Shown: piece by piece, positions 29,529-44,075 of the stretch | Layout of the letters: every line of letters begins with the position of its first letter | Numbering within the stretch: the stretch's first letter is position 1 | Assembly: GCF_001194135.2 (NCBI RefSeq) | Contig: NC_068982.1 | Location: 169,620,318-169,684,317 of the forward strand | Direction of reading: 5' to 3' | DNA length: 64,000 nt | Origin: Octopus bimaculoides | Taxonomy: Eukaryota | Made by a program: the position numbers and the translations under genes | The notes under the pieces: generated by a model | Told to the model about the DNA's origin: nothing | What the model saw: only the letters and a program-made list of their open reading frames with translations | Database searches by the model: none

Positions 29529-32379
29529 CTCTTTCTCTATCTCTATCTATATTTATATATGTATATTCCATAGGTTATTTCTTTCTTTGAATGCATATCG
29601 GCAACTACGGAAATGCTTATTTGGCATTTTGTTCTTGCGTCACAAATCCAGTTTCGTACAAACCTCTTTCTATTCTTCATTCAGAGCCATTAGTGGAGCA
29701 TATTCTAAGAATACGTACATTGTGTAAGTTCCTGTTCCTCTAAAAGAAGTTCTCTATTTCCACTTCTTCAATTAGTATACATGTTATCACTACGTACAGG
29801 TACATACTCATGACGACATACATACAGACATGTACACACATGAACACATACGCACACACACACACATACATACACATACACACACACACACACACACGCA
29901 TTCACAAACGTATTGGCGCACGTATAATGGACATGCAAAATTACATATATATAAGTGCGCTGAGGCAAGTACATAAAAACAAATGTATATCTGGAGTAAT
30001 GGAGTAATTTATATGCACATGCGTATATATATATATATATATATATATATATNNNNNNNNNNNNNNNNNNNNNNNNNNNNNNNNNNNNNNNNNNNNNNNN
30101 NNNNNNNNNNNNNNNNNNNNNNNNNNNNNNNNNNNNNNNNNNNNNNNNNNNNNNNNNNNNNNNNNNNNNNNNNNNNNNNNNNNNNNNNNNNNNNNNNNNN
30201 NNNNNNNNNNNNNNNNNNNNNNNNNNNNNNNNNNNNNNNNNNNNNNNNNNNNNNNNNNNNNNNNNNNNNNNNNNNNNNNNNNNNNNNNNNNNNNNNNNNN
30301 NNNNNNNNNNNNNNNNNNNNNNNNNNNNNNNNNNNNNNNNNNNNNNNNNNNNNNNNNNNNNNNNNNNNNNNNNNNNNNNNNNNNNNNNNNNNNNNNNNNN
30401 NNNNNNNNNNNNNNNNNNNNNNNNNNNNNNNNNNNNNNNNNNNNNNNNNNNNNNNNNNNNNNNNNNNNNNNNNNNNNNNNNNNNNNNNNNNNNNNNNNNN
30501 NNNNNNNNNNNNNNNNNNNNNNNNNNNNNNNNNNNNNNNNNNNNNNNNNNNNNNNNNNNNNNNNNNNNNNNNNNNNNNNNNNNNNNNNNNNNNNNNNNNN
30601 NNNNNNNNNNNNNNNNNNNNNNNNNNNNNNNNNNNNNNNNNNNNNNNNNNNNNNNNNNNNNNNNNNNNNNNNNNNNNNNNNNNNNNNNNNNNNNNNNNNN
30701 NNNNNNNNNNNNNNNNNNNNNNNNNNNNNNNNNNNNNNNNNNNNNNNNNNNNNNNNNNNNNNNNNNNNNNNNNNNNNNNNNNNNNNNNNNATATATATAT
30801 ATATATACACTGAGTAAGTCAAAAATATATACTAGATGATAAAGCCTTGTTTTTATGTGTGTGTGGTTTGTGATTATGCACTCCACTCCGAACATCACAT
30901 TAATTTCTGCGCTTATGTTACCAAATTCAACTTGAAGTTTACTAATGGTAGGCAATTAATACGAGAAGACTTCGTGTTTTAAAAACCATAACTGTGCGTA
31001 ATATCAAAGTGAAGTGGAGAGTGTCTGAAATTGGGTTTCCTATATTAACTGTCATTTCTTCATCATCACTACATATCGATATCACATGCATCATCGTAAA
31101 GCCATTTATTGATCAGTATTCGATTTTCCTATACATAGTGAATAGTGAAGAAATTGCAAATTTTAGTTCAATTATTTTCATGTTCTGATGTAATAGTATC
31201 GGCAAAGTATTAGATTGGTTCGTCTTTCGAATATATTACATTGGTAACAGGGCAAAATGGAGGATTAGTTTATAGTGTTTGGCTATATGTTTATATGTTA
31301 CGTGGCATAAGTTGAATGAAATGCAGCGATCTTATTGAGCTTTCTGATTCGAATCAGCTTGATTCTCTTAGATATCGTGTCTAGATACCACAATGTTACT
31401 GGTTAAGGATTGTTTGGGAATAGACCAACGTCTTGTTGTGCGGGGAAAGATATAATTATTTTTTATTCGTTTAACACTACAAAAACACGATTTTACGAGA
31501 AAACAGTGTGTGAACGGCCGTTTAACCCGCTAAAAATATTAATCAAATGCCCCTCAAATTGCATGCATTTTAAATAACATTAGAAAATGTGATCCTGAGT
31601 GCACTGTGCCTATGAAAACTATGGTGATGCCACAGATGAAGTGCTTTAGATTATAAGCCTACTTGATCGGTATTAATTCAGATTAAAACAACGAAAACGT
31701 TAAATTCAAAATACGAATTTACCACCCAGGCCTCTATGGGTTGCGCAACAACTACGTTGTAAAGTAAAAATTTAGAGTATTAAAATCACACAAAAGATAT
31801 TTAACCAAAAGAATATAAGAGCTGTCAAACTTCTTACATTCGTATCAAATCAAAAACTTACCGATTTTTCAGATTTTTGGATTGGTGGCACAAAATTCTT
31901 GCACCTTCACCAACACTTCTAAGAGCATCGCCAGCAAGAGCAGGATCAGCAACAGAAAAGTATTACTGTTTGCTACAACAATACTAGCAACGGCCGACAA
32001 CAATATAACAATACCTTATTTTCCCATCCCCCAGGCGTTGATGATTACCAGCAATGGTTTAAGGAAAATCAAAGTCTAAAACCTTTTAATACTTTCCTAT
32101 ACAGAAGCAATATGTTTAAGTAAGTATGCTTATGCTTCAATTAATGCTTGGGGCTTAGATGTAAGAAAGATGTAAAATACTTACAATACCAACTGTTTCT
32201 TGATTACTGGCCAAACATTCACCGTAATAATATAAAAGCAAGAATACTGAATAATTATTGAAGTCTTACAGACTCGATCCTCTAATGAGCATATATTTTG
32301 CAGTAAAAATGATTATTTTCATGCCTAGTCCTTTAAAATAAAGTATAGGAATTATGCAGTCAATCTTCTACCACAAGGT

Positions 32380-33215
32380 TCGATTATGCCCATTTCATTC
32401 TTACTCTTCTATATTGATGAACTGCTTGCTGTCACTTTTAACAACGCTCACTTTCATCTAACATTGTAGATAGTACCACTCTTCACGCCCTTTAACTACC
32501 CGAACATTCATCCTAAACATCTCACTTCAAACTTACAGTTTCCATAGATATCTCGGTAGTATTCCGTCCGTCGTGTTACTTCCATCATTACAAAAACCCA
32601 GTCATGTTTTCTATTCTTGGAACATATGCAGTTAAACCAGAGTCACTTCAAATTCACAATGACTACTTCTATCGTATTTAGATACCTCGTTCGCACTATC
32701 GTATAAACTGTGTCTCCAAAAATAACTTTCCTTTCAGATCCTGAAAATACTTCAGCCATGAAAATTGTCTTCGAGCCATTATGGGTCTGATCTGAGACCC
32801 ATATTGGAATGCTATTTCCCCATGTGGGACAGCGCTATTGCGCTATGTACACAATCTACCTCAACAAAAGACCATTTGACTGATTGTAAAGGTGTTTCAT
32901 TACAATCATTCACCACGCATGCCGACCTCAACACGAATACATACTGTCTACCTCATTGTCACTCCTCTACTGTTACTCTTCTACCCCATAGATACATATC
33001 ATTTGTGCCATATCCACTGATACCCGTCCGACATATCCATCTTTTTGCCTCTCGTAACCCATTATACGTCTTTTCTCCAAGGTTTCGCTCTAACTGTTCA
33101 TTCAATCCTTCTTCTTCAGAATGTATAGTTTCTGGAAATCCACTACTAACCACTGTTCCCCTTCAGCTGTTGACTTGCATTTGTTCAACCGGAACATCAA
33201 CCGCACCAATATCAA
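32380..33215 (+). mobile_element. Jockey/CR1-like LINE 3' RT fragment, decayed
   Basis: PQGSIMP..LFYIDELL, LRPILECYFPMWDS, and a C-terminal ..SFNP..SGNPL..LFNRNINR pattern typical of LINE ORF2 ends. Confidence 0.7.
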
Positions 33216-33555
33216 GGGTCTGGAAAAGCTCGCGAAAGTCTTAAGCTCAGTTCATTCCTCTTGACTAGCATCATAAAATGCGTTCAAAAGTAACACGTCG
33301 CAAAATATTCACCAATATAAACCTACCCATTAGTGGCAAGTATATCAAATTTATAACATCCTTTGCATTTCTGGAAGGTTTTATGATAGAAAAATTGGGT
33401 GGCTCCTAAACTTTTATTACAGAAGAGCATCGGAAAGCCTCATTGGAAAGAGAAACATTAACATTATGAATGACTGAACATATATGATACAAAAAGGAGA
33501 AAAAACATGTACCACCATCATTGTTAAATAACTGCAGTTAAAACTGAGAAGAACC

Positions 33556-33652
<97 letters not shown>

Positions 33653-34828
33653 CAACAGCAGCAGCAGCAGCAGCATATATAACATTTCCGGATAAAATAA
33701 TGAGTTGTTAATCAGTTGAATATGACTACCATTATAGAAAGATAAATTTACATAACCTTAAACAACAGTCATTATTACACGTACATTGATAGCTGAGTGG
33801 ATAAGAGAATTATTACACTTCGTCTAGAGATAAGACACCCGATAACGATCGGAGGTCGGAGCAATGTGTAAACGTAACTATTATCAATACACATTCAGTT
33901 AGTAGTCCAAAATATTATCATTGTATTTAATAAACAGATCACAGAGTTAACAGAAATGGTCAGGTACCGATATCTTTCTGAAGGCAATCAGTGGCATAAA
34001 TGTAATAAGTTAAGTCATCTGTGAATAGAAACAGTGTCACGATAGTAGCTTGTCTCTTTAGTCGAGACAGAAAATTTTCTTTGATTATGACAGTTAATTT
34101 ATATTTTCAGATATAATGTCAAGTCTCTCCGAACCTCGACATCATAAGTTTGTTCGATCGTGGCAGACTGCTGTCTACACAAGTACAAAAGCAACATCAA
34201 TGATTCAGACAAACTAGCGAATAACATATTTTTGGTAACTTTGTTCGAGATGTTTTACAATTCTAAGTGTTCGTATCATAGAGGCAATGACTTTAGCCAA
34301 GGGATCGATTCACTCAAGTTTGTTCCATTTATACAAAAACTGGTTTTGTGAGTAAGAGAAATACTCCTTATTGCTGTAAAATATTAAAAAAAAGAAACTC
34401 CGATGACATGAATTAATAAAACTTGAGGTTTGGTAACATACTAAATTTCTTCTCTGTTCTCAAGGCCTTTGCGAAAGATCCTGGTAGATTTCAAAGTACA
34501 ATTTTCTGCACTTTCACTTATCTAGGTTTCACATACAATATCTCTCAAATCCATCTTCTTAGACAGCAAAAATTACTTCATATCTCAAGGCCGATTCAAT
34601 TCATATGTTTCCTGACAAAATGAGAACTCAATGACACTAAAGAACAACGCAAATAATTGCACAAACATTGATTCAAATAAAACTTGCAAGTTATATATAT
34701 TTTTTATTCCTGCAGTACTTAATATTCCTTTACACTTGGAAACATTTTAATTCGATCAATCAATGGTTCGACTACAATTATTATTGATTCGATTCATTGG
34801 TAGCCAGAAACTGTTGTGTTGATGCAGC

Positions 34829-34896
<68 letters not shown>

Positions 34897-35477
34897 ACAT
34901 AAATTGAAGAAGTTTGATCGATATTTCCACCATCAGATACATTCAAGGTTGACACACTGTCAGCAGTGTTATAAAACCATTGCTACCAGAATTGTGCATT
35001 TATTACTAGCAAAGACTTCAACAGTAGGGGTTTTGAAGTAACTTTGAGGTTAAGCACCAATCTCTATGTACAGTCAATATATGAGTCAATACGATTACTT
35101 TTATTATATCATTTTCACTTACCATTATTTCTTAATAGACATCGGGGCAAAGTTAATTTCCAGTTGATTTCTAGATTGAATCATTATTTTTTTTGTTTAT
35201 CTATTTATTTTCTTACTCTTCATTTTCTCTTTGAAGTAAAAGTATAGAATTTAATTAACTTAGTGGCACTTAGAGCGCCATGGGAAGTGATGCTATCAGA
35301 AGTATTTTTATTAACCGTGACTTCAAGAAAAATATCACATTTGATAATTCACATCTGACGGCTAATACTCACAATGAACTAAATTTCTCTTGGTCTCTTC
35401 TTCTTCTCCTCCTCCACCTCCTCATTCTCGCTATCCTCAGAAACGACTGTTACCGTGATAACGACGATGACAGAAAC

Positions 35478-35519
<42 letters not shown>

Positions 35520-38500
35520 CGATTATGTGATACCGTCTTGGATTTTCAAGTTGTGCTGTTCGGAATACATCTTACGTTGTTTTGTTGATGGTAGTGTTCC
35601 GTGAACCGTATCACTTCAGTGAAAGGAATAAATTGGAAGATAAAAAAGAAAAGGAAAAGAAAAAGGAGAATAATAAATAACAGAATAGGAGAAGAGAGAA
35701 AAAGAAATAGAAAAAGAAAGAAAACGAAAGAGAAATTTTTCATTTTACGTTAAGCTGAAAGACTCTACACGTCGAACGACATTTAATTTCCTCTAGACGG
35801 TAACCAGTAAATAGGATTGAGTTACTGAAGGCCAAGCTAGATATTCTCTGTATTTTCTAAAGCAGATATGAACCTATATGACTGCACTATGATCTTGAAT
35901 CAAATCTGTCCTCAATGAAGTTCGTAGATAATTTTGATTGGTTGTCTCAACGTATCAATTATGTATTAGCAATAGAAGTATATCATCTCTCTGATGTTTC
36001 AAATATATATATAACGTCGATACCTAATCTTATTTGTAACTAAATAAAAATCGATTCTTCTTGTCTAAAATTCAATTTTAGGACCGTATATCAAGACGAT
36101 ATCTCAATACTAGAGCACAGGGCAGGATCGATCTTCGATTCAGTATTTTAATAATCGAAACAGAGAGAATCAAAAGTGTTATCTTACTATCCGATATCTT
36201 TTATAATATATAAACAAAATTGTTCATTTATCCAGTTTTAAGTATCACAGCAGTGGTATGTTGACTAACTGATTATGTGAGCTTCTTAATCTATCAGGCA
36301 AGTACTGTTGAACAAGACAGAATCACGAAAGACAATGCACGAATCGTGATACGAATTCAATCTTCAGCAGGACTCATTTGACCCCGTTGGCAAAGGAAAT
36401 GCACATTTCATTTCCAAGCATTTACTCTTCTACAAAAATGTAACATCTTTATAAATATTCGGATAAATATTTAGAGTTATATAACAACTCTATGTAAATA
36501 GTTGGTTGTTGCCATAAACTATAGAGGCATTGACTTGAAATCTGGGCATGATTCTGCATTAAATTTCATCACGCGCGAACGTTGGAAATATCAGCTAACT
36601 CTTCCATATGAGTAATTATTAGAAAAGGAACCATTGAATAATGCAGCTTTGGATGTATGAAATATAGGATGACCACACATGGAAGGTCTTTACTCATAGG
36701 TCTACATAAAAAAGAGTTGAGCCGGAACTAACCAGCGGCAACAATTTCTATTCTTCTGTCATACCAAACTGGGCCTCGACCATATATTAAAAAAAAATGA
36801 AACAAAGCACTATCCAGTGTTTTTGCGCAAAGCTGAAGGAAATAAAATGGCAGAATAAATGTATTGAAGGATTTTTCTTTGTGTGGCAATATTGTGGGTT
36901 CTCACTTGTTTACATTTTATCGCCCCTTGGAGATGGTTACGGAAACTATAAGCTGAAGAAAAGTGTCGAGTGACTACATCCTTCACCTAAAGATATTGGC
37001 TTTCCTTCAAAGTAGGGAACTGTTTATTTATTACATTAAGGCTTGCTATTTTCATCCATGATGCTTGTCCAAGGTATGTCTTTGCTGGGAAGCATTTACT
37101 AATTATCTCATATGTGTATGTTACAATCATGGTAGAGTTTCTTTGAGACGTGATTACGGTACACAAAGTCTATAATATGGTTTCAACTACTTTTAGTTAA
37201 ACGTCACAGGTGTCATTTATCTCTTCTCAAAATATTTTACTCTTCAGTTCTATACGCAGTAGACAATGAAGAGACCCCTCCAAGTCCCCTATAGTCCATA
37301 GGGCTTATAATTCGTTGACTGATATCCGAATGATGAACTAATGGTCTGTCCTGTGAAGAATGTGGATGAAATAACAGTTTATCACTATTTTACCCGCTGG
37401 TTACACCTTTTCCTTTCGTAAATGTTGCTTTGATAAATTCAGTTTATAAAATCGTTATTAAATAGAAATAGATAAAAAAGTAAAATAAATTGCTTGTTTG
37501 CTTTAAAGGGAAAATAATTCCAACATTCCATGCAGATTCCTCACGCGAGAAAAAATATAATTGATCATCTCAAAACAACAATTATAAATTAATCCGATTA
37601 CTTTATATCGATGATTCTTACCCAAGTACATTAACACTAATTTAATCCCTTAGTATAATAGAAAAAAAGCAAATGTATATAGTTATATTCCAAGTTGCTG
37701 GTCGTGGTTTTACGCCATATTAGCTAAGATTTTACATTGAAATAATTTTTTGCAGGGAAAAGTTCATAAGCTTTGCGACTTTTGAAAGTTGTTCGTTTTA
37801 GCTCCAAACAGGAGCATTGCAATATACATTAGACAGTGATCAGAAAAATAATTTTGTCTAATTATGTAAATTAGTACAGTATTTTGTAAAAATAAGAATA
37901 CATACTCATACGAGCATACACCCACACATATAAGAAGAACATTTTATATTACGCTTTATATTTCTTTTAATATTTTTGTGACTTTTTATGAAGTTTGAAC
38001 TATCTTCTTGATGGTTTAGACACAACAATTCCGAATGAATTAACATTCATGTACAAACTGTAGATTTTCAGCAATTTTTAAAAGAATTTTATGCAGAATA
38101 AAAGTGAATTTATGGAGTGTAATAAACCAAGGTAAGACCGGCTGCAGTGGCTTGTTAACTACATAATTATCTTGTATAGAGCGACTACACAGTCAACCCT
38201 TCTCTCTGTGCTGATTGTAGTAATAACTGTATAATCACTGAAGATATTTGTTACATAATCCTAGATTATACATACTAATTTTATATTACCCAAATCAAGA
38301 AACAATACATCAGTAATTAGGCATTTTAATTCATTAGTAAGTACTTTAGAAAATAAATTTCTAGCTTTACTTTAAAAGATGTCGTGTTGGAAACCCTTCC
38401 CAACATAGAATAAATAGGTCCAACGATTTAGTAGAAGCTTATTATTTTCAGTTCAGTGTCTTGAAACTATTTATTTGTAGTAAATATTTAGGAAAAAACC

Positions 38501-39489
38501 CGTCTTTTGCTGTATTCCAGGATAATCATTTAACAAGCCATAGACTATCTGAAAGAATTAATTCTGTGTTAGACTGTTTGTAATCCTTCACTAAAACAAC
38601 GTTGACTTATTATTCCTAGAACGAAAATATAGATTCAGCGATTGAAGGATAACGATTTCAACCTAATTAGCACTTATTTGTTTTAAAGACGTTAGAACCA
38701 ATCATCATCTCAATCAGACTATTTATTTATCACGTAGTTTAGTTAGTATTACATATTTAACCTAGGTATATGAAAAAGCTTATTAGGAAAGATGTGAGGC
38801 GGAGGGAAACAAGCATAAATAATATTTTGAGTCTATCAATAAGTATGGAGGACAACTTCAGATATGTTTCGGTCTTATTACACTTCTTAGTGAAGAATAT
38901 ATTTCCCCGTACATACCAAGGTAGTGATGAAAGAATCATTAAGTAAATATACAGCAACGTACACTGATTGACGTAGAAAATTAGGAATATTCAGAGAATG
39001 AATTACTTTCAGAAGTTATCTGCATGAAAAAATCAGTAGCTAAGTTAATGTTAGCTTATTTAATAAAGGAGGCAGGTAATAACCAGAATAAAACCTCTTG
39101 GTATAGAATTAGCAATTACTCTACAAGGAAAATTAAACTACGTAATACGCTATATAATATACGAAGTTATAAATTTGTCTACAAGAAAGTGTCTCTCGCA
39201 TTGCTCTAAGACAATTTTAGTGAGGTTAGAAAGATTTATATGGAATTAATTAATTCCTATGATCGATGATACATTTGAAATCTTCTACTAACTATATTGT
39301 CGAATCTAGCTTTACTTCTAGATTGAAGTTTCCACCTCCGCCTATTGATTATATACTGATAGATTATAATGTGAAGTATTCAATTACAGTTTTTCACACT
39401 ATATAGTTCAGCTCGTAGACATTCATAGACTGAAAACTTTAAAAAAAAAATGTCGATACTATCTTTAGGCGACGGATTGACAGAGTCAA

Positions 39490-40535
39490 AAGAGCGGAGA
39501 ACAAAATACCTTGTTGCATTTGTTTCGGCTAACTGCTCTTGGAGTTCAAATTTATCAAGATCAACTCTGCCTTCCTCCTGTTCGAGATCGATAAAATAAG
39601 GTACCATGAAAATGGATCGATAGAAGTGTTTGAAGTGTGGGACGTAAAGAGAGGATGTTATGCTGTCTGGCAGCATATTTTCCTTGTCTTTTTTACGTCC
39701 TGAGTTCATGGTCGGTAAATTTCATCCATAGCCCGGTTTAATACCACATCTGGAATTTGAGTGCCTTTGGCGGAGAATTTGAGGATAAATTCTTCCTATC
39801 AGTCTCAAAAACTTTGAAAAAATAGTGGATCATAAGCGCTTCCCTCTCTTAGCGGTAAAAAAGGAGTCTAACTTGCAGACACTGGATATAAGATATTGAC
39901 TTTATGCTTCCAGCTTTTTAATATTGATTTATAACTGTAGTGAAAATAAAATGACTAAATCAAACAATCACTTGTATCATTCTTCAAATCAAATTCGAGC
40001 ACAAGGCCAGCAATATTGAGGTGTTGAGATTTGCCAATTACATCGGTCCCAGTACTCCACTGGCACTTCATCTTATCAACGCCAAAAGAATGAAAGGCAA
40101 AGTTGATCTCAGGATTCGAATTCAAAAAGTAAGAAGTATGAATAAATAGAGCATGGGATTTCCCCTGACACTCCAACAATTCTGTCAGATTGCCACCTTC
40201 ACCAATACTTCTACGGAAAAAGAAAAGCTATAAGGCAAAGTCAACCTCAGCTAGATTTGAACTCAAAAGATAAAGGGACGCAACTGAGCCCAGCTTTTCT
40301 GACTGTTTCTAAATACTAGTTTCAAATTTTGGCATAAAGCCAATAATTTCGGGTAAGACGGCAAGTCAATTACATCGACTCCAGTGTTCGACTGGTACTT
40401 ATTTTATCGACCTCGAAAGGATGAAAGGCAAAGTCAACGTTGGTGGAAATTGAGCTCAGAACACGAAGGCGGGCGAAATGCTGCTAAGCATTTTGTCTCG
40501 TGTGCTTGCGATTCTGCTAGCTCGCTGCCTTCAAC
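39490..40535 (-). mobile_element. Cluster of family A SINEs (about 39490-39710, 39990-40200, 40220-40270, 40320-40535)
   Basis: Same core as the other family A copies; all on the minus strand. Confidence 0.85.
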
Positions 40536-40836
40536 TGTTTGTAAATATTGACGGTAAATTCTCTGATTGTCAGAATTAAGTACATCCACTCGGCATGACA
40601 ACACTGATAATTTAAAAAGTGATTGAAGGCAATAATTGAATAGTCACGGATTAAGCATGTTGAGTCACGGCTTATAGAATATAGACATTATAATCACAGT
40701 TTATTTAATTTGACAATAAATATACAGCTTGAAGCTACTGACTGTGCAATGCCATACAGCTCGCAGATATTGCACGAACTTCAACTACTTCGTGTCATTT
40801 GTATACTTGTACATATTGTTGATGATGTTACTATTT

Positions 40837-40914
40837 AGCCCCAGGCCACTCCTAGCCATGAGGATTATGATTACAAGCCCCAGGCTACTCCTAGCCATGA
40901 AGATTATGATTACA
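40837..40914. repeat. 39-bp tandem duplication inside a family D repeat
   Basis: agccccaggc(c/t)actcctagccatga(g/a)gattatgattaca occurs twice, with 2 mismatches. Confidence 0.9.
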
Positions 40915-41017
40915 GGCATTTCAACCGTAGCCTTCTAGTTTTATTTTCAGGGATTGGCGCATCTAGGTCTACATTATAGAAAGTGTTTAACCTATTTTAT
41001 GACGGTATTGTCTAGAT

Positions 41018-44000
41018 CGGTGGTTCTTAACCTTTTTACTACCACGCCTCCCCTAGCAATTTGTCCTTCTCTCCACACCCCTCTTGCATCTATGAATAAA
41101 ATTTCCTCTCAGATTTTAAATAAAATCTAAAATATGTTTTTAGTCTTTTTATTGAATAAGAATTAGTCACATTATGCTAAATGTGTATAATTTTAAATAT
41201 AATTACGTTATAGAAAAAGTGAGATACTTGACACTGTTTCTTAGCTACAAGATCTTGAATGCGTGGTTGAATGCCAGGGAGTGCACAATGTAAATCCCTT
41301 TCAACGTTCAGCCTGTTTCTGTACTTTGTCTTGACAGCAATGAGCGTGGAAAATGCAGCTTCACAAAGATACGTGGACCCAAACGTAGCTAAAATCCGAA
41401 GAGCCTGATGTGAGATCAGAGGGTAAACAGGAAGGTAATTGATCCATAACGTTTCAAGATCCAGTTCTTTGAAGTCTTCCTTAGTTGAGGAGTTGAACTT
41501 CAGCTCAAGGAATTCCTCTTGCACTTCATCCAAAACATCAGGTACTTCACAATGAAATGGGTTCCTGATAAATTTCCAAGCTTCACGATTTTTATCTATA
41601 TCTGGGAAGTATGTGAGGAATTCTGTTTTCAAGTCAGTTAGATCAGTGATTATTTTTTTTTTCTTAAATCAGAATCAAGGTTACCGTGTATGAGAGCAGA
41701 ATCCAAGTAACTAAAACTGGCTGTATTTCCCTGCTGAATTCGACATTTCCAGAGGTCGAGTTTGGCCATGAAGATTCGAATGGTGTCGTAGTGCGTGAGA
41801 AATTTGATGTTTTTCTCTTGTAGTTTAAGGTCGAAAGCATTCAAGGCTTCGAAGATGTCCAGTAGGTAAGCTAGAGATAGCTGAAAGCCTTCAGACTGGA
41901 ACTTGTCATGGAGATCTGCCTTCTGCTGCAAATCAAGAAATATTGCTACTTTTCGTAGTTCATAAAGCCGTACAAGTATGTTCCCTTCTGATAACCATTG
42001 TACGTTCGTGTGAAAAAGTGATGCTTCATGTTCAGATTACTTATCTTTACACAACGGTTTGAAAAAGACGACTCTTTAAGTTCCCACCTTTAACAAAGTT
42101 GACAACCTTGATAATCATGTTCAGGACATTTCTCATTTCAGTAGGTAAGGTTCTGAATGCTGAGGCTTCACGATGAAGTATGCAGTGTGTACCTACAACA
42201 GATGGATTTTTTCTTTCATCCTAGTAATGAATCCAGACTGCAGACCAAGCATATCTGGGGCTCCATCAGTGCACACCCCTACCAGCGAATCACCAGTAAA
42301 GTTGGTTTTCCTGAAAGATATTTGATACATTACGAAAAATAGCTATTGCTGTTGTACAACTATCCATAGAGTGACAGAACAACATTTCCTCTTTTACACA
42401 GTTGCCTGACATAAAACGAGCATACACCAATAGCTGAGAACACTGAGCGATGTCAGTCGTTTCCTCACACTGAATGGAAAAAAAACAGGAGACTCTCTTA
42501 CTTGATCGAGAATTTGATCTTTGATGTCTTGAGACAAGTCGTCCATCCTTCCCTTGACTGTATCGTTTGATAGTGAAATATGGGTAAGTTTGTTTGCACT
42601 ATCTTTCCTCAGAACGAGTTCTGCTGCATGGTTTTATGAGAGACTCTCCAATGTTATAGCTCTTCTTTCTTTTTGCAATCAACATGGCGATCTTGTAGGA
42701 AACCGCATCAGCCATTGAAGTTTGGTGCCGAAATGCCCTACTATCGTCCAACTTAGCTTGCTTCAAGGAATGTCTTTTTGTTTGAAAGAATATCTTGGGC
42801 TTGTCTGCAAGAGCAGGATGTGTTGTCCTCAAGTGGCGTTCCAAGCGTGAGGGTCACATTCCATCATTGCTCAAAGTTTTGTAACATATCACACGCTGGG
42901 GGACTTCTGTGTCGAACTTTTGGAGGGACACGAATCCAAATGGAATATATTCGGCAAGATACTTCCGTTTCTTTGCACTCATTGCGAATTACTCGATGTT
43001 CAATGGACAACACAAGAATGTGAACAAAAGATAAGGCACGTGTAAGGTAACGTCAAGGCACAAGTTAGAGCGTTAACCCAAGAACGCTTGGAGTAAAATG
43101 TCTTGAAAAATATTAAGCGAAAAAATTTGGAATAAAAGTTAAATTAAAAGAAAATTTATCCGAAAAATTTGTACAATAAAATATTGTATATACTTGTACG
43201 AAAGCATAAAAAAAAGTTTCTTTAAAAAAGAAATGATTTTGCATAGCTTTTAGTTTTATCTAGTACTTTCTGTAATATTGAAATCTGAATTTTAGCTTAA
43301 CATTTGGCTTTATATTATAATTTTTTTCTTACAAAAAAATTTACTATATTTTAACATAAACGTTTAATATTTAAAATTGTAGTTTTATTGTTAAAATTTT
43401 TATTTTTCCAATCTGAGTTCTAATTTTTTTGAGACTTTATTAAATTGAGCGATAGTAGATTCTAATACGTACTTTTTGTTTTATTTCCTATTTTTAAATA
43501 CATCATACTTTTCATCTTGCTTAAATTTAAAAATAGTTTTCAATTTTTTAAATTAATTGATATTTCTTAGCGTGTCACAATAATGATTTGATAATGTTTC
43601 AGCCTGTCTCTTGATTTTTACGAATCACAATATTTCATATATATGAAAACTGTCGATCAAACCTGTTTATAATCTATTAACTGAAAAAAGATGTTTGTCT
43701 TCTTTACACAATAATAATATCTAAGCTTTATAACAGTGATTCTTAGTCTGACAAAAAAAAAAAAAAAAAAAAAAATAGTTGTGACGAAAAAAAAATACAA
43801 AATAAAGACAAATGTTAAAGATACAATTCAGAATTAGTGAGGGGTTTGAGGGGTTTGAAGTGGGGTCAATAAGTACAGAAAATGGTAAGCAGCACTGAGG
43901 TAGAATAAGAAAACTAAAGGTATAAGGTGATACTTTTGCATTTTTCATAAACTTCTCATTATTTGACCATGCTCTCGTTAAGAGAATAACTAATATAATT

Positions 44001-44075
44001 AGAGAAATTCCTGCTTTTTCTCAAGGGCTCGCGCCCCTTGGTATTTGGTGATGCCCCCCAAGTTAAGAACCACTA
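41018..44075 (-). mobile_element. Full-length hAT (Buster/Charlie-type) transposon, transposase disrupted
   Basis: TIRs cggtggttcttaac (41018-41031) and gttaagaaccacta (44062-44075); 8-bp TSD gtctagat (41010-41017, 44076-44083). Transposase fragments: RHLRTTHP, SYNIGESLIKPC, DGAPDM, HCILHREA, QWLSEG, dimerisation domain FGSTYLCEAAFS..KTKYRNRL. Confidence 0.95.

Noticed and set aside
38757-38957. 66-aa minus-strand ORF as a secreted peptide
   Set aside because: No recognisable motif; its length and composition are expected by chance.
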